Part shown: in pieces, positions 37,740-49,400 of the stretch
How positions within the stretch are numbered: position 1 is the first letter of the stretch
Layout of the letters: every line of letters begins with the position of its first letter
From: Octopus sinensis
Taxonomy: Eukaryota
Length of the DNA: 64,000 bases
NCBI RefSeq assembly: GCF_006345805.1
Contig: NC_043005.1
Span: forward strand, 90,582,001 to 90,646,000
Direction of reading: 5' to 3'
The notes under the pieces: model-generated
Told to the model about the DNA's origin: nothing
The model's database searches: none
What the model saw: the letters and a program-made list of their open reading frames with translations, nothing else
Made by a program: the position numbers and the translations under genes

Positions 37740-40700
37740 TATAGCAAAGGTGACAGTCTGTTGTGTTTTACCCTTAATTGGTCTGTTCATGACTGTGAGG
37801 ACAAGAGAAAAATCTGGGGTATACATAGGTTATGGTTAGGTACATCAAGGTAGATAGGGTGTGACCTATGAGGAAGTGGGTAGCGTAACCCTAAGATAGG
37901 ATTTTAAATTGTTTCTAACACACATTTTCTATTTCTCTACCTGTTTTACCATTCCTTCAGTTATTTCCTTTCCACTTCTGATTCATTTTCTTTTCTTGTT
38001 TTTTTGATTATCAGTGACCACAATAATTTAGTAAACTCAACTTTGAGCAACCTTCAGTTTTACTGAATTTTGAAATATTCACAATACCTAGATTTTTATT
38101 AAACCTTAAAAACTAACCTTTGGACTCCCAGGACAAGCAAATTAAAAGAAAAACCTATTCTAAGAAACACAAGAACATATATTTAGATACAATAATACAT
38201 CATCATCATTGTTTAATGTCTGCCTTCCATGCTGGCATTTTAGTAAATTATAAATTGAACTTTGAACTTTTTGTAGAACAAAAGATCTAAGGCTCTTGAT
38301 CGAAATATACCAAAATAATTTCAAATCATGAAAAGGCATTCTCTCTCTTATAATGGAGTATAGTTCTAGCTACAATGCACACCTAAAAATACCTTAACCC
38401 ACTTCCTCATGTAGGTCACCTTCTATCCACGTTGACACACCTAACTTAAACTGAATTATTTCTACACCTGGATTTTTCACATGTTTCTCTAATCACGAGC
38501 AGCTTAACTAAGGATGAAACTCAGATTAGGTTGTCAACTTTGTTATAATAAATGTGTGTGTGTGTGTGTGTGTGTGTGCATGTATGTGCATTCGTTTACA
38601 TTTGTGATTCTCTGACAAACATAAGCTGTGATCAGTGTTATTGTTATTTCTCCTGTTTTTCCACCTTTGAAGACACATGAAATAAGGGATCTCTTGCTTG
38701 ATATAACAGTTAAGGATCAGTGACTGAAAGGGCATCTGATGATAAAACAATGCCTTAGTAAAACATTTATTTAACCCTTGCTAGTAAAACATTCATTTAA
38801 CTGTTTTAGAAAAACAAATATGTGTGTGTGTGTGTGACCATCTCTATTTAACGTCCCTTTTTCTATGCTGGCATGGGTTGGATGGTTTGACATGGACAGA
38901 TGAGGCAGAAGGCTCTGCCAGGTTCTACATGTTTTGGCTTAGTTTCTACATCTGAATGCCTAGTTTAGCTCTATCATCTGGCTTTTGGTTGTCTTTAGTG
39001 GAGTCCACCCTGTTACAAATATTGAGACCATTTCTCCTCTGTGAGGAGAACTTGCTACTCTAATGCATTGCTTCTCAACCATTTTTTGCCCTTTGGAGCC
39101 ACTTTAATTCCTGTTTTATACAACTGGACTTCCATAGCCATTTGATGGATATGTAAAAAAAAATCCTGTTATATTTCTATAATCAAATATTATTAGGAAT
39201 TGTGCACTGAACTGCAAAAGTAACGTGAGAAGTGTGTGACTGTGAAATCTGTTTTAATTTCATTATGTCAGAGATAAATTCTGATAAACCTGATAAAGTC
39301 ATTTTCTTGGATGGACTCTGGCCTCTGTCTATGGGTTGTTGTCATGTGTTCTTGTAGTGGGTGGATCCAGTACATCGAGATTGTAGGGTGTGATATGTTC
39401 AATACTATGTATGCCCTCCCTGGGTGTTCAAAACGGTCATACACCGTCGGTACATGAAGTGCATGAGGCAGTTCACAAAACCCATTGGCACCTGTGCTCA
39501 CACCTTGAGGGAAGCTACCTCCAGTTCTGCACGACTTGAAGACCTTGGGACCATCTGTTTCAGCCATCTCTGGATTTCATATCACAGGTGTTCAATTAGA
39601 TTCAAATCCTGGTGTGAGCACAGGTGCCAATGTTCTGATGCAGGAAGTTCATGGTGATCCTGGCCGTGTGGGAGGGAGCATTGTCCTGCTGGAACATGTG
39701 GCTATGGTGACAGGTGAAGAAGGATCTGGTCAATGTAGCGCTACGCTGTGATGCCATTCCTTCTACCTGCACGAACATTTTGGAACACATGGGCCCCAAT
39801 TCTCTAATTCAGGCCTATAGCATCCCAAACTATGATGCTTTGGTCACCCCATCAGAGAAGACTGTCGACCTTCATTGCTTATGCCACCAATGTTGGTGCT
39901 GTGTAGCCCACTGTAGTTGTACCTGACAGTGATGGGCAATAAGGACAGGCCCTTGAGCAGGATGATGGTAATGCAGGTTGTTGATGGCCAGTCGACGTAC
40001 TGTATCATTGCTGATGGGTCACTGTCCAGTGCCAATGGTCTCATGAGCTGTCACGCTGGCCAGTCTGAATCAATCCTACCTGGGATTGGTCGCCTGGGGG
40101 CGCCCTCTGCGGGTATGGTCTGCAATGCTGTTGTTGTTGTTGTATTGCTGTTGCAGGTGTAAGTTTTTGCAACAATCAGGGCACCCTGCCCTGCTTGCAA
40201 TCGACTTGTTCTCTCTATGCTGTCGACAATCGGGTCATGCCTGATGCATCCAAATTATGAATGCCAGGAATGCAGTTCAAGTTGATTTTTATACCCATAA
40301 CCTCCACGAGATGCACGTGCATTTTGGCATTCAACGCAGCTGCGTTTTAGCATCTTGTTTCAGGGAAAGTTGAAAGGTTACCTGCAATTTGGGTCACAGC
40401 CATAAACTGGTATATCTTGGAATATTTACATTTGTTTCCCCAAAATAAATTTTCAGAATTTACCAATATAAAAATGACATTTGAAAGAATCACATTTCTT
40501 TTGTGGTTCAGTGTATAAAACAATTCATCATCATCGTTTAACATCTGTTTTCCATGCTAGTATGGGTTGTTAAAGTATTTTGTATATTGTAGAAGTTTAA
40601 CCAATTTATTGCACATAAATTTTAACAAAATCTTCTGTGGACCTGCAAAAGTCATATGGACCCCCAAGGGTCTTATGGACTCCCAAGGGCCATGTGGACC

Positions 40701-43700
40701 CTCGCTGAGAATCATTGCTCTAATGTGTTATTTCTTACTGCACCAATTCATAAACTATCATCTCTCCTCATAATTTTCTTTGTTTCCTCCCACCTACCTG
40801 AAAGATCCGACCAAAAGTCATGGGTGCTGCCATTTAAAAACTCATCCCACATCAACACCTTATTATTGGTTTAGTGTCCACTTTCTTCTGCTTGCATGAC
40901 TCAAATTGAATTTGTTGAGGAATATTTCTTTATGGTTGAATGCCCTTCCTCTCACCAGCACTCATTTGTCTTCAGATAAGGTTATATTTCTCCATGGCTG
41001 GACATGTTTTTGTAGAAGACTGGAAATGAATGACACTGCTTGTATGATGGTGGCACTTGTCTACAACTGTCACACAATGGCAAGACAGGGAGTGACAAAT
41101 ATTCTATCTCTTTCTCATCATCCGTTTTCCATGCTGGCAAGGCTGGAGAGCTGCACCAGGTTCTAATTGTCTGTTTTGGCATGGTTTCTACTGCTGGTTG
41201 ACCTTCCTAACACCAATCACTTTACAGAGTGTACTGGGTGCTCTTTAGGTGGCACCAACACCAGTGCCATTTACGTGACACCAGCATGGGAGCTTTTTAG
41301 GTATGTATATGTGTGCATGTATTTGTACACACACACACAAACCAGGCTTCTTTCAGTTTCCATCTACCAAATCCATTCACAAGGCATTGGTTGACCCAAG
41401 AGGATTGTAGAAGACACTTGCCCAAGGTGCCATGCAGTGGGACTGAACCCTGGAATGGCATGGCTGGGAAGCAAACTTCTTAGCCACGTGACTATGTAAA
41501 AACCAGTGAGGAAAGATTGGATAGAAACTGAAGCAATAGATTTGCAGGCTTAGATGTTAGATGGCATTAGGAAGGATCCTGGCATTAGGAAGGGCATCCA
41601 GCTGTAGAAACTCTGCCTGATCAGATTGGAGTCTGGTTCGCCAGACCTCAGTCAAATCGTCCAACCCATGCTAGCATGGAAAGTGGACGTTAAATGATGA
41701 TGATGATGATGTAGGAAGAAAGCTAGAAAGATGAAGTGGTGGACATTGCTTTGCAAGAATTGTATCACAGCAAACACAGGTGTTTTAATTAATAACTGAA
41801 AGGGAATTAGTATTAATGTGAGGAGACCAAATTTTGTAATTCAGTTTCCGTGTGTGAGAATTTGTAGAAGCTAATATCATAGCAGCATTTGTTATAAAGT
41901 TGATCCTAATGTTTGTGTGAGAGACAGATTGATAGAGAGAAAGAGAGAGAGATGAAAAGAAGGAGAGAGAGAGAGAAAACATTTATGCCTATGTGTATGT
42001 GCTCTATCTTCATGCTCTTTGTATACTAGAATAAACCAAATAAAAGGTGTGTGAAGCTTAAAAAGAAATTGAAAAAAAACAGGCCGGGAAGTGCTGCTCC
42101 TCCTGGTTTTGAAAGAAAGAAGTGTGTATTTGTGTGGAGGTGGGATAGGATTGCTAGTGGCTGACATTTTATGTGTTTGTTTTGAGCTGAATGACACACT
42201 AAAAACTTATACAAGTTAGTCTGAAGGATGGTATGTTGGCAAACCTATCTACTATCAGAAGACACGAGGAAAGTATACAGTGTAATTAAATGAAGCAGGT
42301 AAAGAAGAGAGGTAGAGAGCAGAGGGTGGAGAGCAGGCCATGACTGAACCTGTCTACCTGCTGGTGCTGCAGGAGTCTTTCAATTAGTGTTGTAATTAGT
42401 GTCACTTGATTACTTTAGAATGCATGATTAAATACTTCAAGATGTTATTTATAGACTAAAGCTTATTATTTTTAACTAACGAGACTTGTGGAAATTCCAT
42501 GATTTGCAAGCTTCGAGATTTTATTTTGATGCAAAAATTTATAATTAGTTTCGAAACACTGGCACCTTGGGCAAATGTGTTTTACTGTAACCTTGGACTG
42601 ACCACAGTATTGTGAGTGAATGGATCTGGTAGATGGAAACTGAAAGGCGGCAAGCTGGCAAAAACGTTAGCACGCTGGGCGAAATGCTTAGCGGTATTTC
42701 GTTTGCCGTTATGTTCTGAGTTCAAATTCTGCCGAAGGTCGACTTTGCCTTTCATCCTTTCGGGGTCGATAAATTAAGTACCAGTTACGCACTGGGGTCG
42801 ATGTAATCGACTTAATCTCTTTGTCTGTCCTTGTTTGTCCCCTCTAGTTTTAGTCCCCTTGTGGGCAATAAAGAAATAAGAAACTGAAAGAAGCCTGTTG
42901 AATACATACATGTATATATATGTTTGTGTGTGTGTGCTTCATTTGACATCACATAATAGTTGTAAATGAATGTAATTTATTTCCAATATTCTGTGAAAAA
43001 ATACCTGGCCATGTGGAAATATTACCTTGTTTGGAAACATGTAAGGGTCGGCAACAGGGAGGGCACCCAGTCAAAGAAAATCTGCTGCAATAAACTCTGT
43101 CTGACCCATGCAAGCATGGAGAAAAACTGGACTTCAAAATAATGATGGTGTTGAAAAACAGAATGATGATTGGGGTTATTGAAAAATTAGGATTTAGTTA
43201 ATTTAGAGTTTTAGTAATATTGTAATAAAATATTTTGGTGGCAAGCTGGCAGAAACATTTGCATGCCAGGCAAAATATTTGCAGAATTTCGTCTGTCTTT
43301 ATGTTCTGAGTTCAAATTCTGCCGAGGTCGACTTTACCTTTCATTCTTTATGGGTCGATAAATAAAGTACCAGTTGCGTACTGTGGTCAATCTAATCGAC
43401 TGGCCCCCTCCGCCAAAATTTTGGGTCTTGTGCCTAGATTAGAAAAGAATAAATATTTAGTATAATTCAACAGTGGATGTGTGTGGTTTAGTGGATAGGA
43501 TGTTGGACTCATGATCCTAAGATTGTGGTTTCAATTCTGGGACCAGGTGTTGAATTGTGTCCTTGAGCAAAACACTTCATTTCATGTTGCTCCAGTCCAC
43601 TCAGCTGGCCAAGCGTTAGTGATCCTGCAACGGACTGGTCTCTCATCCAGAAACTGGGAAACCAGCTCTCTGAGTCTATATGACCCTGGAAGGATCTTAT

Positions 43701-46388
43701 CCTTAAAATTAAACGGTTGTTAATTTAACCAAAAATTAATATCTATTTTTTAATTTTTTTTTTTACTACCCACAAGGGGCTAAACACAGAGGGGACAAAC
43801 AAGGACAGACAAACAGATTAAGTCGATTACATCAACCCCAGTGTATAACTGGTACTTAATTTATCGACCCCGAAAGGATGAAAGGCAAAGTCGACCTTGG
43901 CGGAATTTGAACTCAGTACGTAGTGGCAGACGAAATACGGCTATGCATTTCGCCCAGCGTGCTAATGTATCTGCCAGCTCGCCACCTTGAAATTAATATC
44001 TGTTGATTGACCAGTTATTTAACTCAGGACCTCACTGTATAAAGAAATGTTTTGTTGAAAATCTCACCGTGCAGGTTGTTTGTCATAATTGTCTTTCTTC
44101 CTAATTTATTTTCTCATCACCCCCTCTCTCTCCCTCCCTCCCTCCCTCCCCTTCTCTCTGACTATTGCCACCTCCTCCCAACTAGCATTTGTTACCTCTT
44201 CTCCTTCCCTTGTCTGCTTCTTTGTCTGCAACAGATATAAAAAAGTGGAAATTTTACTGGTGAGTGTGTTATATTATAAGGCACAAAAAACAAAAAGAAA
44301 ATGACTCTCCCTAGACACAACAGAATATGCCTCAACACACGAACTCACATAAAGAATCTTGCAAACCAAATCCAAAAACGAGATATAAAAAAGAAAAAAA
44401 GAAAACAATGACAAAGTCAAGACATGGTTTTTTTTCTCTTTGAAAATGGATTCTGGGACATTGTGAATAGAGTATGTTAATATCTCTGTAACTTAGTGTT
44501 GTGGGGTTACTAACATATCTCGGGTCATCTTTGTTTAAGTAGACCTATAGTCAAAGACGTTCCAGCCATAACCATTCCATCTAATTGCATATTTAAGACT
44601 TCACTATCCAACGTATTGTTCCATATTTAAAACTCCTGGGTACGATACGAGGGAGATTTGGCTACTATATCTAGCATGTTTTTGTCTCTTTGTATATTTA
44701 AGACTACATTAATATCAACTTGTTGTTCCTTTCTCATTTAAAATAGCTGGGTGTAATTTGAAGGTAATTTGGCTCCTATATCTTGCAGATCAAGCTATTG
44801 CATAGAAGATCCCTTATTAAACCATATCTCATTGTTGTTGTTGTTGTTTAGCCCCAGGCCAGGCCTGATTAAACAGACCCATGACAGAAGGTGTTTAAGT
44901 GTTGATCGCCCTGAGTTTTTAGGGGTGATTATAGCTTGGATACCCTGGTAGAGTTGAATTATTGCCCAGTTTAAGATTATCACTTGGGTCTGGGTTGGCT
45001 TTAGTGAGAATCTCCTGTCCCACCCAAGAACAGATACAATATACACAGCAGGCTTCTGTACAGTTTCAATCACAAGACATGGGATTGATTCAATGCTATC
45101 TGATTCAATGCTACAGAGAGCAGATATATATATATATATATATACCAGACATATGTACATCAGCAAACCTATTAAAAAATAACACATGCACACACAAAAC
45201 CATATACATATATATATGCATACATACTTACTCACACAAAATTACATATATATATATATATATATACATACATAAAATAAGTATCATTATATGCTGGAGA
45301 CAATATGATATGATGGAGTAAAACTTGTGAAGGCAATGGATGGCATCCAGCATAGACATCGTCCAGCATGGATGCCATCTCACAGGCCCCATCTGTCCCA
45401 CACACCATCTGTCCTAGACACCATCCGTCCCAGACACCATCCGTTCCAGACACCATCCATTCTAGACACCATCTGTTCATGGCACCATCCATCCTAGATG
45501 CCATCCAGCCCACTCATATTCATCATCTAACATAAACACCATCCAGTAACTGAACCCATTGAAAAAATATTCTTCTTCTTATTGCTCTTCATATTTTCTG
45601 TTAATCAGGAACTTGGTGAAGACGTTTTATACAGCAGGATTGTTGTTTGATGTTTTATCCGTCTTTGGCGAAACTGATGAAGACGTGAGTAAATTTTCAA
45701 TTCGTTTGTGTTTTTATCTTTTACTTATTAGACTGAATGAATTGATCCCAGTATATATATATATCTTATCAAAGCCCTGTACTTATTCTATCAGTCTCTT
45801 TTGCCAAAGGGACATAAACACATCAACATCGGTTGTCAAACAGTGGTGGGGAACAAACACAGACTCAGAGATGCACATAGATATGTGTGTGTGTGTGTGT
45901 ATATAAATGTATATATTTATATAAACTAGGATAAAAATCATGTAAATGATAATATCAAGTGGCCAACATGATATAAAACCTTGTGGTTAAATTATACTAA
46001 AATAATAATTATATATATCAATTATATAATTAAATAAAGGAACAGGAAAAAACCCTGCTCCAACATGTTGAAAGAATACGACAAAAAACATTATAAAACC
46101 ACCTTTAGCTCCTGCAAAAATACGGGTTGTAGATGAGCAAATGATAAATACAAATAAAACTCTACAGTCAATTATTATTATTTTAATTTATATATATATA
46201 TTAGAAGAAATAAGGTACTCAGAAATCTGGATGGTTTTATATTTACAGATATTTATTAATATGTCACATGTTTTTATAAATCATATATTAGTGTTTGCGT
46301 CCACTCAGAGTGGATGCAAGTGCTAATATATGATTTCTGAGTACCTTATTTTTTCTAATATATAATACCTGTACATTATCTGCAAACC

Positions 46389-46425
<37 letters not shown>

Positions 46426-49400
46426 GACTTCTTTCAGTTTCCATCTACCATACCTACTCACAAAGCTTTGGTTGTCCCAAGGCTATAATAGAAGGCACTT
46501 GCCCAAGGTATCACACAGTGGGACTGAACCTGGAACCATGTGGTTAGTAAGCAAAATTCTTACCACAGTGCCACGCCTGGTCAAACATTACTGTAATTTT
46601 TGTTTTCCTATTGTTAAGGTTTTGGATTTTGGAGGAAAGGACTCTATTTGTGGTTTACAGATCATGCAAGGCTGATGTGATTGATGGGATTAATATTCTC
46701 ATTGAACAGTCATTATGCTTTAGTCATTGGTCAGCTCTGATTGAAGTATTCCAGCCATAGACATCACATTTGTTCTCAAGCTTAGTGTTTTAAAAACTAT
46801 TTTATCTGATATTTTTCTTTTAGGTAATGGTGTGCTATTTGAGGGAGATTTGGTTGCCATTTCTAGCTGGTACCTCCCTTACATCACACCTCACTATCAT
46901 GAAAACAAGAAGTACATTGGACAAAACATTAATAGACACACTATTCTGTTGTTTGAGACACAGGTGTGGACGTGAGGTCAAGAATACAGTTTTATATTTA
47001 AGAGATGAGGAATTATTTACATTATTTACATTTGATGGAGAATTGTCCCCATCTTGTTTGTTGTTAACACAACATTTCGGCTGATATACCCTCCAGCCTT
47101 CATCAGGTGTCTTGGGGAAATTTCAAACCTGGGTTCTCATTGTTAAAGTATTTTTCGTAACTGGTACTTATTTAATCAACCCCGAATGGATGAAAGGCAA
47201 AGTCGACCTCGGCGGAATTTGAACTCAGAACGTAGCGGCAGACGAAATACCGCTAAGCATTTCATCTGGCAAGCTAACGTTTCTGCTTGCTGCCTTCATT
47301 TATGCATATATTATGCCCCAAGTGTTGAGGAAATGAACCTGTACACAGAATGATCAATACATTTGCTAAAAAATACAGTGCATGCTTCATTGGCTCTGTT
47401 CATGTTTAAAATCAATCAATTATTTTGTACAAATCATAACCCAGTGACATGTGCAAAGCACCCACTACACTTTGTGTTGTAGTTGACATTAGGAAGAGCA
47501 TCCAGCTGTTGAAACCATTGCCAAAACAGACAACTGGAGCCTCATGCAGCTTTCTAGCTTACCAGCTCTGGCCGAACCAACTAACCCATGCCAGCATGGA
47601 AAATGGATGTTAAAAGTTGATGTTGATGGCAAGCCTTATTATTTTTGAAATGTAGAACACATTTGATAGTGTGGTCTTAGATATATTATGCCTGGAAGCA
47701 ATAAGATGGGATTGACATGTCTGGAACACCTTTGATCATATCATAGTCCTGCTCAGTCAGAACTGACAACGTCAGTAAAATATCTCCTCTGATATAACTG
47801 GTACTGTGATGTAATTCTTACCATTAACATTTTGTTTCGATCGTGTGTTTTCAAGGATTTTCTTTGTCCTTTCTTTGAGGAATTCTTTCTGTAAAAATAT
47901 TGTTTTTGTTTTGTAGCTTGAGAAGAACAAAAAATATGCCAAATGGAAAGCAGCCTATATTCACAAGTGTTTGAAGAATGGGGAAACTCCAATTGCAGGT
48001 CCAATGACTGACGAAAAAGGTAATAACCATTGGTTTGGCTTCATTTAGTTTCCACTGAAAAAAACCATGATGACCATCATCCTCATTTCATGTCCACGTT
48101 CCATGACACATTCGGGGTCAGATAGTTTGACAGAATGTGATGGGTTTAAGGAATGTATTATGCTTCAGTTTCTGCTTTGGCATGGCTTCCACAGCTGGAT
48201 GCCCTTCCTAATGCCAACCACTTCAGAGAGTGTACTCGGTGCTTTTTATGATGTCACCAGCACCAGTGAAGTTGCCAGGTAGCTTGCAAGACTACAAACC
48301 CCAAGGTGGGAGGTAACTTCAACGCTAAGAGAATGAGGAGTAGACAGAGGTGAAGCAGGGGGAGAAAAAGGTTGGAGCAGAACAGGTTTTTTGTTGTAGA
48401 GGGGTCACATGACCAATTCATACTTTAGAAAAGAGAGTGGGGGTAATTGGATGGAGTTGGAAAGAAATAGAAAATAATGTTGATGGCAATCATCATCATC
48501 ATTGTTTTATGTTTTTTTATAACTACTTCTTCAGGCTGGCATGGAGGGGTTGAATGGGATTTTTGAAGCAAGTTTTTATAGCCAGGTGTCATGTCCAGGT
48601 TTCATGACGTGTGTGGCCTTTGTAAGCAAAAAGCTCAGTCAGTGTCATTTGTTTCCTGCTCATCGTTTAACATCTGCTTTCCATGCTAGCATGGGTTGGA
48701 TGAATGACTGAGGACTGGTGAACCAGATGGCTGCACCAGGCTTCAATCTTGATCTGGCAGAGTTTCTACAGCTGGATGCCCTTCCTAACGCCAACCACTC
48801 CGAGAGTGTAGTGGGTGCTTTTACGTGCCAGTCCGGCAGTACTGGCAACGACCTTGCTTGAATCTTTTACACATGTCACTGGCACAGGTGCCAGTAAGGC
48901 GGTCTGGGCTATTTGTTGTTCGATAGACTGCTGGATTGTTACTTTGCATGGAAACAGGTGAGGGTTGGCATCAGGAAGGGTATCTTCCATAGAAAACTTT
49001 GCCCCAACACTTCCTTATCTGACCCATGCAAGCATGAGGTATTAGTCAAATTGACAATGATCCCCAATGTTTAGCATTTAACCCTTTAACTGTGAAATTA
49101 AATTTCATGTTTATTCCATAATGATTTTACATATCTACCAAAAAATATAATTTTGATTTTCTGCAAGTCACATTGCCTCATAATAAACTTGACATCTCTC
49201 AACAAAAAATAGTTTCAGACATGACATTCTTGAACAAAAGATAAATTGGTATATAAAACTGTTTTTTGCAATTGAGGGTAAGGAAACTTTTGAGTGGACA
49301 CATTTGCTTTCTGCAATAAAGAGGATTAATAAAAAACGATGTTAACATTTACTGAGATGTACTTGCATAGCAAGTGACTTGATCTGAGATCTTGTACTGA

